From Phoronis australis (taxonomy: Eukaryota; Animalia; Phoronida): a stretch of DNA of 64,000 nt. Position 1 is the stretch's first letter; each line of letters starts with the position of its first letter. The stretch is from the NCBI GenBank assembly GCA_002633005.1, contig NMRA01000807.1, forward strand, positions 34,583 to 98,582, written 5' to 3'. Position numbers and translations under genes: made by a program. Below the pieces are notes generated by a model. That model was not told the origin of the DNA. It worked only from the letters and a program-made list of their open reading frames with translations, and ran no database searches. This document shows, piece after piece, positions 23,906-38,094 of this stretch.

Positions 23906-26834
23906 ACAACAAAACTGAGACAACACAGTAAGAGACTATATAATTAAACATTACACAGGTACCTGGATTTAAAGATACCTATAACTTTTCTGTGACGGAC
24001 ATCAGACTAGAGGAGATGCCATAGCATGGTACCAGACTTGCAGAATTGACGTTAGCCGAAATGCAGTAGCAGTGTTGAAGACCGTGACAACAATGATGAA
24101 GTATGCGATGAAGTGTGTGAGCAATGATGGCGATGGGTGATGATGACGGTTATGTAGAATTGTAGAGCCAAGGCAACAATGTCCAATCAAGCCACATACA
24201 GATTTTGGTTATGTGGCATGAAAAATCAAAACAAGATAAGTTTGGTTGTTGCACAACGCCAAATCTATTGTTCAACCATAGCAACGTGATAAAGCTGCTA
24301 TCCAGCGTATAAACTTTCAAGCAACCGGGCACAGGAAACTGTGTCTAGAAGAATATTTTGTCTTTTGGCATTTAGATAGAAATCCGTCTACAAATGCCTG
24401 TTTCACTTAATCAGACTAACGCTAAGTCAAAAAATCTATCTACAACTCGAAGCCAAAAGACAGAAATTCGTAGCGTGCTTGGGAACAAACTAAAAGCCAA
24501 AGCCAAAAGAAAAAAGGATAAAAAATTTCAGATTTGACACTACTTTGTACTAAGTTTTGTCCGTATGGTACAAGATATTTCCATGTTATAACTAGTGAGC
24601 CTTCTCTGGTAGAGATACTCTCCCTGTGTGACATCAGATGTCAAAACATACCGTTTGACATCCGATTCTTACGGAGCTCACCACTGGAAACTATCATAAA
24701 CATTGGAGAACGGGGCAGCGATGAATTCTTCACAGAATCTTCTTGGTGTTTAAAAACGTGCTTGACTGATCTTGAATTGTAGCCTAATGAGTCGACAATT
24801 CAAGACACAGTCAATGCGTACATGTTCCATTTTAATTTCAATTTCAAGATCGCCCAACCTCAACAAACGCGGTTATTCTTCCAACGCGCACTTCGCAACA
24901 AAACAGTTGTTGAGGTCTCTGACTCCATTTCAGTCAACTTTGACAGCCAGCCTTTCTTAGAAATCGGTTATTTGTAATAAAGTCCCAAAAACGCAACGGA
25001 TTTTACTGTTTTATAGTTCTGGTCAAAGCTAATAACTTCAAACAACCAAAATCTATCCAAACTAACCCCCAGTTTAGATGCATTCATTCTCTTCATAAAC
25101 CATATCATTTGGTTCATTCAGTAATTGCTTTAACTTTTAGAAATTGGAAAATGTCGTAGTTTGCTTGTCCGAATTAGTATCCTGCACAAGTGCTGCGATA
25201 CGCAGATTTTAAACTGATGACGAAGCTTTTACTGGAAAAAATAGATATAAACTCTACCACACGAGATCATATATCTGTTTTTAAAACAAGGTTTAGCAAC
25301 TGACAATAAATGCTGGCTATGTTCATCGAATAACTGAATGTTGTTGACTAAATAATTTCATTACAATGGTGAGTCAAATATCAGGCGAATTTCATAAGAC
25401 ATAACTGATTACTTAAAGAGGCCTGGAACGCAAAAACAGACTTAATTGCATAAGTCAAAGTCGATCTCTGCCACTGAAACAGAGTCCAACCTGTTCCCCA
25501 AATATTTTTTTACAATTTGTTCGTAAAATTTTTGAATTTCTGTAGATGTCAGAAGATTTTTCTTTGAGTTTCGAATTTCGAAAAAGATCTGTCAACTGCT
25601 CGTCATTTCATCGATTTTACTCCCACAAGGCAAAGTATGTCCCCTTATTTGGTATGGTAGCACTTATCCCTTATACGGGAAATGTGACCTTTGACCTTTG
25701 ACCAAAACGATGGTGATTACAAGCAGCAGGGAGCTCGATTAAGAGGAAATTTATATAAGTTCTAAGCGTTTAAAATTAGAGGGGTATCGTAGTATTCAAA
25801 TATATTCTAAAATGCATTTAGAATTCTTCCTGGGAAATTGCTTCCTCCACTGGCTTGCCTCATACTGTGCTGGCATGACAAGCTCCCGTTTAATATATCC
25901 ATCTTGTCAGACAGCTGTTTGTCAAATAACTGTCAGCGCATATGCGCATATATCACAAGTGGGAAGGAGATTAAAAACTCTGTGGTGACTACAGAGTTTT
26001 TCCTTAGCTCGTATTTCAAAAATCGTGAATTTGGTGATTTTTTTCCTGAAAATACCCTCACAAGGGAAAGACTCTGTAGTAGACGTTGCTAGATGGTACT
26101 TTTAGTCGTCAGGAGTTGTGTTAAAATACATCTTGACGAGCTTTTCCGTTGAACGTTGTCGACCGTCAATGGCTGCATGCAAACATCCTCAGAATGATGG
26201 TTAAGTGGAATTACAGTTATGTAATGACGTTCCCGTCTTGGGCCACGTAATATGACGACCAGTATCATTTTGACACTAATTCAGTCAATCATATGGTTGT
26301 GGATACCACAGTGGTCTATGACGTCCGATTTCTTGACGGAGTTCCGGGCTAACTACCGCTACAAACGTGTGAAGTGAGCCTATTCCTGCTTGTCTGCATA
26401 CTGGCTGTGTTCGTGCAGACGAGTACCGAACCGACGTGCGGTTTCAGCAATATACACCAGGTGTGTGTTGCCGCATGGAACGCACTGGATACGCGAAAAC
26501 CTATTTTTAGGAAAGAAGGCGACATGGTCATGGATCGTGATGTAGGTCAGTGCCATCTTTCTGACATTTGTGACATCGTATCACGAGGCCCCAGGCAAAA
26601 ACTTCATCACATGACTGCAAGTCCATCTAACATTCATTTTGCGGATGACAACAGCCATTGTGTCTCATGAAGTTCGCCTGATACTCAATATTGCTTTTTG
26701 TATATAACAAAAGAACTTGGCGATTTCTATATTTTGCCTACATTGGGTATAATCATTGGGTGCAGCTGATTGATTTCGCCGGGTGCGTCAACTAGCTACT
26801 CATATTTTTGGTTCTCGATGACGACTTCAGGCTT

Positions 26835-26960
26835 TTAAACCAATCAGATGTCTCAGCCAATTGACAGTGCGAAGTCAATCAAGAGTAACCAATGTCTCAC
26901 ATTACAACTTTGTAAGATACTGCAGTTATCCAATGACATTCTTGCCCTGACGTCATGTTT
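26835..26960 (+). promoter_or_regulatory. CCAAT-box cluster plus CRE upstream of the first coding exon
   Basis: CCAAT at 26840, 26857, 26889 and 26930; TGACGTCA at 26948. Confidence 0.3.
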
Positions 26961-27003
26961 TCTTTTCTGTTAATTTCAGTTCAGATAACGAGTAATCCTT
27001 GCA

Positions 27004-27551
27004 ATGATGAAGTTCCGTCAGCGTTTCATGATACTTGCTTTCACGGGAGTATTCTCCGTAATCGTCATTATTGTTATTAACGTGACTTTATTCAGCAATA
27101 ACTCCGACAAGAGAGAATTCCTTCACGGATTACCTTTCAAGAAGTCTGTTGGTAGTCGTCTATTTTCTCACTCAAGTGCTGGAGGTCACTTGAATATCAT
27201 GCGCAAAGACTTAGACACGAGTAATTTTGTCGAAGACAGTGGGAACAGGATATCAGATGGAATAATATCGAACATGGAGAAGAATGCGGATGGACATGGT
27301 CAGATATATATTAGATTTGTCACCAGCCTTCCCACGGAAGACGTTTTTGAAAATTCCCAAAGGACCCACTATATTCCAAGACATAGTTCCTTGCAAAAAG
27401 ACAGAGTCTTAGACTTGCAGCTTGATAGACATTTCCATAATTATCATCAAATGACAGAGGATGTTATCAGGAAAAAAATAGCAACTTACAGGAAGAAGGC
27501 TAGGCATGGTGGAAAAAAATTGAATGTCATTTCATTGGAAGAACTCGGCAG
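27004..27551 (+). CDS. FAM20C: FAM20C-like secretory kinase, coding exon 1 (N-terminal signal anchor plus stem)
   Basis: ATG at 27004; MMKFRQRF followed by a hydrophobic stretch (MILAFTGVFSVIVIIVINVTLF), as in FAM20 type II anchors. Donor AG|gtatgt after 27551 (phase 2) fits the next exon. A polypyrimidine/ttcag acceptor at ~26979 implies upstream 5'UTR exon(s). Confidence 0.8.
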
Positions 27552-28581
27552 GTATGTGAAGACCAAACATTGGGAATACAGGGTGCGGAAAAACATATTT
27601 AAAACGGCCATAATTAACAGTTTTACAAATTGTAGTAGTCGTTTAGCACGCGTGTTTCAGATTTTTCAAATCGCCGTTTTCAGTTAAGGTTATCTCCAAC
27701 CTTATTCACAAAAATGGCCATTTTACAATATTTCACACGTGTGACAATAAAAAAATACCTTACCTTCATTCTCGGGGAACTTCAAATACAGAATATATAC
27801 TGCGTAGCGAGAAAAAAAGATTTTTACAGAACCACCTTGGAACCGCGCAACCGCGTGGATATCTGTGTACTACTTATCCGAGGTCAAAGAGTAACTTTTT
27901 CATCTTGAAACGAAGTTACAGCCATTTAAAACTTGTCAAGTTTTTCGACAGCACCCTGTACTAGTGTACGATATGACATAGCTTCGTTCATGGCATCCAC
28001 CCTGTATTATTGTACGATATGACATAGCTTCGTTCATGGTATCCAAACTACAGGGTAGACATAGCACTTTTTTGCTTAATAGACGTTTGATACTTGGGTT
28101 GATACTGACATAATTGCAGAATGTCGATTCATTTATCAGCATACTCTGTATTTGGCCATATATGATAAGCGACTGTTGTGCTATGCGGGTAGCTACAAGA
28201 ATTGCCTTACTACGCTCGTCATAATGACTGTCGTAAGGCAATTTCGACAATCGAGATTGTTTATTAATTGTTTTTGAAATTAGCTAAAGAAGGTAGCTAA
28301 AGCAAGTAGCTTACTTACAAAGGGTTGAATTAAATTGTTGCTTTGAGATTCTCTGATAGCCATGCAGCCATGTAAGACCTAAAAATTGAGGGTCAACTCT
28401 CGCTGCATTGATGATCTTATATCGTTGGCCAAACGCGTGAATGTCACGCGCCTAAATTACGCGCGCAAATTAATTATTGTTAGTGATGTAAATCAATTGC
28501 TTTCTGCGCAAATTTCACTCCCTAAATATGTATGGGTAAATTACGCACGTAAATAGTTTATTTACGTGCGTATGGTAATTC

Positions 28582-28718
28582 GCGGCGCACCATAAGATGT
28601 TGGGGAGGCTAGAGCCCCCACTTATTTCAGTGCTGCGTCCCCCATGGGGATGGGCAGCGCGCACCATAGGGGGTTGGGGGCTATAGCCCCCATTTATTTC
28701 AGTGCTGCGCCGCTCATG
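28582..28718. mobile_element. Tandem pair of ~70-bp mini-MITEs
   Basis: gcggcgcaccata...gcccccac..tttcagtgctgcg..catg twice. Confidence 0.75.
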
Positions 28719-29289
28719 ATATTGCGCTCTTAAATAATTAATTCACAACGTCAAGAATCAATTTACGCCGTTAATAATTAATTTACGGCGTTCTAGATTA
28801 ATCTTGAACTCGAGCCAATTATCTTCAAGATAACAAATGACAAACAATATGACAGCGAGTTTATTTACATGAGGTACGTTGTCTACAACACCCGTCTGGA
28901 CCACTCGAGATTAGAAGAATCTGGGGCTGTGTGGTGTTTGAGCCTTTTAGATTTAGGCAACCACCAGTAGCCGCCAGTAGTGACCAGTATTTATAGTGTC
29001 GAAGGCGTTGAAATGCGGTCGATCGTGAGCAGATACTTACGGGAGCCGTGAGAGATATCTTTGAAAGTGGCTCAGTGGGCGAGAAAAGTGTTTTTGAGAT
29101 CATCTCTATGACGAATTCGAACTTATGACCTCAGCGGTCAATAAAGGATTTCTAATTCATTGTCTTTAGTAGCACATTTTCAATAAAAATGAAGTGTGTT
29201 ATGGATTACACTGTCGCATATAGACCTAATATCACCCAGACAAGAAGCGCGCTCCAAAACGAGGCTCACTACGATAGCTCCGTTAAATA

Positions 29290-29445
29290 GCTAAGCATAG
29301 TTGTGTTCCGCGTTGCTCGAACGGCGACAGAAAAAATACAGACATTCAACTGTTTTTTTACAATCCCTAAGGAAGCTGAGATTCGGAAACGTTGGGTTGT
29401 TGCCATACGCCGCGGTGAAGGAAAATTCTTCCGGGTAAAATTGAT
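29290..29445 (+). pseudogene. THAP-domain remnant (DNA transposon accessory gene)
   Basis: KHSCVPRCSN ... frameshift ... FFTIPKEAEIRKRWVVAIRRGEGKFF, then a gtaa donor. Confidence 0.7.
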
Positions 29446-30796
29446 AATTTTTCTCGAATGTTTGATCACATTTTGTCGCATCTCGGTTGCCGAGCATCAT
29501 GGCAACCGTGAACGACCACTGAATCTTCGGCCGGAGAGGCTGTGTTTTCATGACTACTGGTTGGAACATGATACATTTCTTTCCAAAAAGGACAGGGCCC
29601 TCAATCCCTCGAATATCGGCACTATTCCCCCTCTCAAAAATAGTGAAAAATGACGCGAAATTCCCCCACGAGGCCTAAAAATTCCCCTAAAATGATTGCA
29701 AATTTCGCCTCGAAGTTCAAATCACCTGTAACCACACAGGTGACAATTTGAAAGAGCACTAACTTCTACTTGAGAGAGAGCCTATGGGAGCTTGCAATTA
29801 ACAGGGCGGGGGTGCTACTGACGGTGATCGAGAGATAGAATTTCCTCCTCAATCGGCGAAAAATTTCCCCTCTTAGAAGGCACAGGCAGCTTTCCCTTCC
29901 GATCAGCGAGGCCCCTGAAGAACATGATTATAACTATGTTTGCTCTGATCAGTTAACTGAAATTGAGTGCTAAAGCGAGATGGGTTATTTATTCAGGTTA
30001 TGCTTTGGACGAACGAACTAGGTGTCTTAATCTTAAAACTCAACTTGGTCCAGATTGATATTTGAAACCTAACGTATGAGGGACTGCTCGAAAAAAAGTT
30101 TGATAACACGAGTATTTGTTCGAGTTGGAAGGAATTAAACACATCGACAACCTCCTAAGGTGTTCCTCTATGCGCAAAAGGTATTTATAACAACGTGACT
30201 TTGATGTTTTAGTCGGTGCGAGGCATAATTCGCCGAGAAGGTTCCGGCGTACGGAGCGCTTATAGTAGCTGCATCGCATCTGGTCGGGCCAACAGAGGCG
30301 ATGGTAATTGCCTAGGTGAACGGCAGAACGCCAATTTTTCAACACCGGTGAATAATTTAGTTTACTTAAGGAAGAGTGTAATTTTTAATGACACTAATTT
30401 TGTGTCAGATTTTATTTGATCAGTTTTTACCCACGTCGCTGCAAAGTCTGTATATTTAGTATTAGTACAACTTGCACCAAGGCAAGGCTACGCAGTCGGG
30501 GGCCTCAGTTTCCTGGCCTGATGCCGAGAACGGCATGGTTCCACCAATAGTCAATAATAGGCAGTTAACTTGTATTATGAACTTTTGAGAGCCGAGATCG
30601 CAGACGAGTTATACACATTAAAGGACAATGCATCCCGATTTAATTAGTCTTTTTACCGTCTTAATTGGCCTGTGGCCACATCGGCTCAGTCGTACAAGGT
30701 CGACCTTACCTTGCCGAGAGATGTCGCGTTAACCTGTGATGAAGGTGAGAAACTCCGCAGCGACGTCAGTGGTTCATCTGCACAGTGAGTTTCGCC

Positions 30797-30910
30797 ATGG
30801 TGTGGTATGTCGTTCCCGCTTGTGCGAACTATGAAAGCGGGTACATCGTTTTTTCGCCCCTCGAGAGCCCAAAATGCTTCGAAAGTGGCTCGCGGCAGTG
30901 AAACCACGAC
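30797..30910 (+). pseudogene. Second THAP-domain remnant
   Basis: MVWYVVPACAN ... (frameshifts) SFF ... PREPKMLRKWLAAVK. Confidence 0.55.
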
Positions 30911-33789
30911 GTGTGTTTTTAGTACCTGTCCACGAGAGCACCAGCCATGAGCGGCAAGGTGTGGGTCAGCCGATTTTCATCAAATTTGGCACATAGGTAG
31001 TCCTATGGGATCAATAAGCAGCGGTAAATTATTTCCTCAAAATATTGCGTTTTTCTTAAGTTATAGGCTCAAACACATTTTACGGCTTCGCAGCCATGTT
31101 TTCACGGTATAAAAACTGTCCAGTTTTAACTGTTCATATTTTTCCTTGAATGAAAGCTATTGATTCATTATTCACTTGGCATTGTTTAGTGGTGCCTGTA
31201 GATTGTTACACAGATGTCTTGAAACACGATTCCGATTTACCACCCTCATTTAGTAGTTTTACTACACTACCCCCCGTTATGCCATTTTGAGGTTGTTTTC
31301 AGTACACTGCTGTACCAAATCTGCCCCCACTGTTATGAGAATGAAACTTAGCCAAAATGTTGACAAAACATGTTACTTTCATTTCATAAAATAAACACTT
31401 TGTCAGCCAGTTTATTAGTTATATATTTTGCCACCTCAAATGTACTAAAATGAGAAATTTTCATATATCTGAGATCGATGCGTGAGCTCCGTAAAATCCG
31501 ATTGTCCTTCATGTTTTTCGATATTTTGCAACAAGTTAGTTCCTCCTGAATGTTTTGAACGTTTTACTACTGATCACTTAGGGATATAGTACCCCTAAAT
31601 ACCATACATGGCTCCATTTTGTAAAAAGCCGATTATGTCTTCCACAGTGAACAGGGTTAGACATGAACTCGACAAATGTAGGTTATTTTGATTTACAGTT
31701 GTTTTACTTTGCAATTTCCTCATGGGTATTTCTTCACACATATTCAAGTCAGATTTTCTGTTGATCAAATGTTCATGCAATGCATTGTAATATCAAATGA
31801 AGGATAAGTTTGGTTGCATGACCGCAATTTTTCCCACGACTTAAAACAAAAGACCGCAGAAATTTTCCTGACGAAATACCGGGTTTGCAGTTCTGTAAAA
31901 ACATTCGAATGACAAGACAAACTCCACCACTGTCCATGGCAACTCGTCGCATGTTTTTCGCCCATCGGTCCTATCATTGTTTTCCTTTGTTGTGTCATTG
32001 TTGGATGTAACAACACAGGTCGCATGGATATAGAACCTTGCGTACATCAGACCGTTGCCGATAAGTGCTCGTCATTATATCTTTATTATAACAACGGAAA
32101 CAATGAAGATGCTAATCTATTGTTCTCTATGCGACCAGGTTTCCCGTGGATGACCACAGAAGAGGAATCCCAAAGTATCCACAAACAATGACCACGCACC
32201 TTAGTAACTATTACCGCGCACACGAATCCTTTCCGTGGAACCTAAACACCAAATTTTTATATCCGTGTATTGTGTTGTATTGCTCATGGTACGGGTTCAG
32301 ACTCTGTTGTATTAAGATTCCAATCCCCAACCCTGTAATATGTAGTTTGAGTAAAATTTCTAGACAATGCAGGTTTATGGATTTATTCTCCTTCAAATGA
32401 AGAGTAAAAATCAAATTCTGCACAGGTTTTTTAAAAGTAATGACTTATTGGAAGATCACACATCTAAAAAATAAAACAATGTTTGACAATTTTATTCATT
32501 ATCTTATTTGAAAATTGCCTACCTCACAGACAACTCATCTAAGTTGAAAATATTCCTTGTGAAAAAATATAAAATACCAACCAGAGACTTGTGTACTACA
32601 AAATATGTTTTCGTAATACAATGCAAAGATAACTGTACAGTCAAAAGTGCAAATGTTATGACTCTAATAAAAAATTGCCTTCTAGATCTTTTCAACACTC
32701 TAATTGCTACAGGACAGAGTCAACCACACAAAGCTCATAAAGTCAGGGAATTACATTTAAGGTGATGTAGTCTCACTGCGAAAAAGTGATTTCGCAATAT
32801 CGCTGACAACACTGGAAATCTCTTCTTCACAAACTTGAGGTAGCTGTATTTACCACATCAATGTTCTTATCAAAACTAACCACCACAAAATGAAAAATTG
32901 GCTTGTCGGTTCCAATTAGGCAGCATTTTACAATGAAATGGTCATGAAAAAATACTTTTGCAACATGGTTTGCATTACAATTGCCCTACGATTACAGTTG
33001 TACATACATACTAGACCAGTAACAAAATTACCCATGGGAACCATAAAATGGTCAATTCGCCAAAAAAACAAGGAGCCACCAGAGCTAATGTGCCAATACT
33101 TTTCAGTACTGCAACAAAAATCATTTGAAGTGGACATAAACTCGCCTAAAATCACATAAAACAACTTTTGATTTTGACATTTTACCATCACGAAATAGGT
33201 ATTACTTCCAGGTCACTTTTGAGCAATTTCAGAACTTTGAAAGATCTGGCAATATGCAATTGCTAGAGACCAGACTAATAGTGTGTGATTTTATACACAC
33301 AGCATGGTCTCAAGGAATAGCAAACTGTCAATTCGCTATAATTCCAGAAATCACTTCCCATCTGGATAAGGAACAAACTGAGCAAAGTTTATAGAGGTAA
33401 ATGGTCTAAATCAAAACTTATTACCTCCTGGACAGAATATGGGTTTACAACCCAGGTAGAAAGATAAGTTAACAAAACCAGCCTAACTGCAACAGGGTCT
33501 CAAATTTCAGTAATATATACCCATTTACAAACAAAAATCTATAATGGTAAATAAAATGCGGAAACATAAATTCAGATCAATTATGCATCTTCAAGGAAAA
33601 GGAACAGTACAGTGGTCAGAAATCATCTAAATGTGATGGCCACACTGAGAAATCCTGTCAGACCAAAAAATCCAGTGGCTAAACAAAATGAACAATGTAC
33701 CATTACCATGTGGCCCAGGATCATGATCCGTGCCCGGAGAAAAATTCAGTCTTAGACTAGGTAAATTTTAGATTTGTGCTGTTCACACA

Positions 33790-34300
33790 AGCAGTTCTGG
33801 TGCAAACAAAGCTTGCGACAACACACAAGCCTACTTCCCTACACAGCTGTGCTGATACAATAATGCCCCCACTGGATTTAGCAGATCAGCCAGAGTATTT
33901 ACAGGTCCAGCCACTGTACTGTTTCCTCCCATTGAATTTTTACAATGCTACATCCTTGACAATCGCAGATTGCCTCTTTCTATGCATACTCCACTTCCTC
34001 TGTCCCAGTTTCCCCACATTTGTTGAGAGTGGCCTAGCTCAACAAATTACTTTGGACCTGTTGTGGTATAAGCCAGTAATCTTTGGCAAATACTTTTTCC
34101 CCAACTCATTCCTCAAGCTACAAATTCTCTTTGACATAACTTCTGGGAGTAGACTTTTCGGCCTCTCTCTAGCCCCCTCACTTTGTTGTCCAGAAGGGTA
34201 CCTTCTTGCTGGTTGTGAAGTTTTCCATACCCAACCTTTACTAATAATAGGCAAGTCTCCAACTTCAGCAAAAGCCACTTCTTCAGCATAAGCCTTTCCT
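33790..34300 (-). pseudogene. SWIM zinc-finger-type transposon ORF remnant
   Basis: Minus-strand fragments EAICDC..., VGALLYQ and CTRTAC resemble the CxC..CxHxxALL...CT..CxW pattern. Confidence 0.35.
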
Positions 34301-35934
34301 GATTCCTAAAACTGAATTAATGAAAAATTAAACATATTAAATTTAATGTGGCCATTTCGGCTCACAAAATATGAATACCAAGCTAAAGTGAAGGCACCAA
34401 TATTTTTGACGGCTTTAGCATGTTTAATTAACTTCATATTCAATCGCAGAAAATCACTGGTAGACATTACATACTTCCTAGTCTCTAAACGTAGTTCATG
34501 GGCAGAAGTCATGTTACACATTTGGTGGTTGTTATGAAAAGTTATGATGACTACCTATTTTCTATGCCAATGTATATATATAGTTGCATAAACATCAACA
34601 CATTTGAATAAGATATGATTAAGCAATAAGGCCCAAGTTATAAGCAATCACGGTGTGTCAATAAAAGTATTTTTGCATGAACGACGGCCTTCTAAAAATA
34701 TTCCTCAGGGTCAGACCCTGGAGTTTAGTGATTCCTACCTGAGCCTACACGAAGCAGGACGTTGAACCTTGACTTAACGTCTTTGGTCATTTATCAGACC
34801 TCAATCAGATTTCTCCTCTAGTTTGCAGTGGATGTTCTAAGTGTCTTTGGCGACGCCAATATATCTCGAGTGTTGTAACGATGATTCGAGCAAGTGAACC
34901 TAATACGGTAGATTATGCAGCTCCTGCTGCGCACATAGCCTCCGAGGCAGACACTGAGACAGACTACTCAGGACACGTTCTACCTCCACATCAGCTCCAC
35001 TTATACATGTAAAGTGCTCAAATGTCTCGCTCTATACCTTGTGCATTCCCCTAGAGTTTCCAAAGTTGTTTCTCTCCGCAATTTGTAGAAATACCACATC
35101 TGAGTGCCAGATAAATAGATAAACTCGCAAACCCGCACTTTAGGTCAGCCATCATTCAACTAACGCATTGTAAGCTTTAGTTTGGTATTCAGACGAATTG
35201 GATGAACAAATTTAGTATAATTTCATATTTTATTGGGAAATGCTAGTGTCCTTAAAATTAATTAAAAACATTTAAGCAAACCAAATGTTTTAATTGTTGT
35301 ATTATACCACGGCATATTAATGCCTAGAAACGGCGCACAACTAATGACTGGCTTAACATGACAAATACACTTACGCGGTCTGAAAATAGTGAAATTCAGA
35401 CACCTATTACTAAGCCTGCCTGAAGGGCTGACAAAGTTTTTATTGTATTAATTTCAAGGGCATGCAGTCTTCTACATGTCCATGTTATTATTTTTAGTTT
35501 TCTCGCGGGGGCAGCATCGCTATAAGGGTACAGCTTACTGCTGGTTTTTCACAAGACGGAAACGTACCTACACGGAAACATTTCCAGTGTTACCGTAACA
35601 ACCGATATTGCAGTGTCGGTGCCGTTTTTACTGACATTGGTCATGAACCTATCATGTGATATCAAAATTGTTCAGAAACGATTCTGTTTGAAGCAGAAAC
35701 TGGAGTAGAAAATTTGGTCAAAAATGACTCATTCCACACCAAGAAATTGCCTCATTTTGCCCCCCAGAACACTTCCCTTGTATCTCCTAAACCACCAAAC
35801 TTTGTGGTGTCATACTTCACCCATTTTCTCTCATCCCTAATGTGATTTATCAGACTAAACACGGATCTGAATGGTTGACCCCCCACCTTGCCGCTTGTTG
35901 GCTGCACTGTGGTCGGTGGATCCGTGGACTGATA

Positions 35935-36236
35935 CTTAATGCCGATGAGAAACATAAAGCCTCCTCTAATCATCTGCACGATCCTGTCATCTACGCAAAT
36001 ACCACTGGGGAGAAGTTGGGCCGGTTCGCCCAGATGATTACGTGAAGCGCTTTGAATCAAAAACAAATTCACAATTATTACTAACTCAGTTATCATTGTA
36101 GTTAGCAGTACCAGTAGCTGCAACAATTTTGCTGTTGTCCATCTGAATCCTATTTTAACGGATAGGCTGGGGCTGGACATTTATCGCGGAGGGGGGGGGT
36201 CGATCGAACCCTCGAACCCCCCTGGCTACGGGCCCG
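35935..36236 (-). mobile_element. MITE-like repeat, paralog of 400-686
   Basis: Reverse-complement similarity over about 290 bp. Confidence 0.7.
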
Positions 36237-36599
36237 GACATGTCAGATGTACCACTGTAACAAATATATTTACTAATGTTTAAATAGACAAAAGCTTATT
36301 ACGGTGAGGCCCATTTAAAACATGGTTCTCGTAATAATTGCATTTTTGTATTACTGATTTTATTCCTTTTATCATCCTGGTGTAAAAAATCCACCCTGTG
36401 AAATGTTTTCCACACAGCTGTAAAACACTCTGAATTGAAGTGATTCCATCGAGGCAATTTCCTCCCAGGTGGAAATTATTAACCATATTGTACATTTTTT
36501 TGTGTAAAATATTTAAATAATTTCCACTGATATTAATCACCCACGGTGGAAACGCGAGTGAAGATACTCCAACATCCCATCAAAAACATAGACCCACTA

Positions 36600-36960
36600 G
36601 TTTTTAATCAATAAATCAGTTTATTTAAAACATTTAGGTCCTTGGCCCACGTGTAACATGTTGTTATAAAATATCGTTGAACAACGCTTCCCAGAGGTCA
36701 GTTACAAACACAAATAAAATGATGTTCATCCTCAAGTTGCGACAAACAAATATGCACTAAGTTTGAGCTATTATCCGCGGCAGTTGCAGTCTTGCAAAAA
36801 ACAATTTTTAATTCAATATTAAAAAATTTCAAGAAAAGATGTTTCACTACCCGATTTTTCCATACCATTTCAAAACCGTATCTTTCCAACAAATTTATGG
36901 CAGATGAACCGCAATTTGTCCGACCGGCCTCATGCAATGTGACAAGCATGTACTAATCTT
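36600..36960 (-). mobile_element. Non-LTR retrotransposon 3' fragment (RTE-X/CR1-like)
   Basis: LLERYGFEMVW...ICL..LEDEHHFICVC C-terminal zinc-knuckle motif. Confidence 0.6.
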
Positions 36961-37116
36961 AAAAGGCTGTTATATACCCGCTTTCCGTTAGGGAACTAAC
37001 TTCTTTGGTTTGGACCTTGCAGTCAAAAGACCAATGTTTCAGCGTCATTCCTTATTTATGATTCATGGCTTGGATGGAACTGAACGTTCTGCGTCGAGAC
37101 CAAGCTCAACAAGTTG

Positions 37117-37162
37117 GCATACAATCAAAAAACAAGTTTTAACTTGTTTTTTGATTGTATGC
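37117..37162. repeat. Perfect palindrome (22-bp arms, 2-nt loop)
   Basis: GCATACAATCAAAAAACAAGTT-TT-AACTTGTTTTTTGATTGTATGC. Confidence 0.95.
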
Positions 37163-38094
37163 AATTGTTTATCGGAGCCGTGATCAGTGTGCAATAATTG
37201 TGAAATAAATAAAGATCTGGTAACACATGCTACACGTTGTGTAAAGTTATCTAGTGCTCAAAATTGAGCGCGATTTATGCGAAAGTGCCGTACAAATTAA
37301 TTGTAACACCTGGGACTCGGCAAAAGTATCACGACTCCAACTAGAAAAAAACACGATTTTTCTTGCAATTTCAGTCATGTTCTACTTATCTCGAGTCAAT
37401 GTAGAGCGCATGCGCCAGTTACAAAAACGACGGTTATTGGATTAGAAAATAATTAATTTACGGCGCAAATTGGTTATTTGCGTGGGTAAATTACGCACGT
37501 AAATTTATATTAATTTCCGCCATAAATAATTAATTTACACCCTTCACAATTCATTTGCGTCGTAAATAATTAATTTACACGGTAAACAATATATTTTCAA
37601 GGTAAAAATTAACTTACGGCGTGAATAATTAGTTTATGCCGTGAACAATAATTAATTTACTCACGCACTTTCCCAATATGTTTTAACCAAAAAGGCTCTA
37701 AGTACCTGTTGAATATGAATGGACTGGGCATTGGACACGTGATCAAAATTCTAACAGGTCATTGAAGTTCGACACAGGCACATTACGAAGCATGGGTAGC
37801 CCAATGTGTTCTGAAAGTGATGCTGATGTTGAAACACTTCTACGCGACAGGAACATGCACCATCACGTGGGTTGTGGTCGGATATAACGTGCCCGAATTG
37901 AGACCCAGTTTTCTCCACTGAATAATAGTCATCAAACTGGTTCTCAAAATACGGACACGTTATATCCAACGATTTCCCTATTGACTTGACAAAGAACATG
38001 TTGACCCATAGCAGTCTCTTAAATTTACCAGATTTGTGACTGGCCTATTCTAAACCTTACCAACATCTGCCCTACCCCCGTTTAAATGCATCCT

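Noticed and set aside
26374-26670. ORF with a signal-peptide-like start
   Set aside because: GTG start, no recognisable family and no supporting splice structure.
27552-27687. C-terminal part of the 227-aa ORF
   Set aside because: Read-through into intron 1 past the AG|gtatgt donor; the phase matches exon 2 at 38480.
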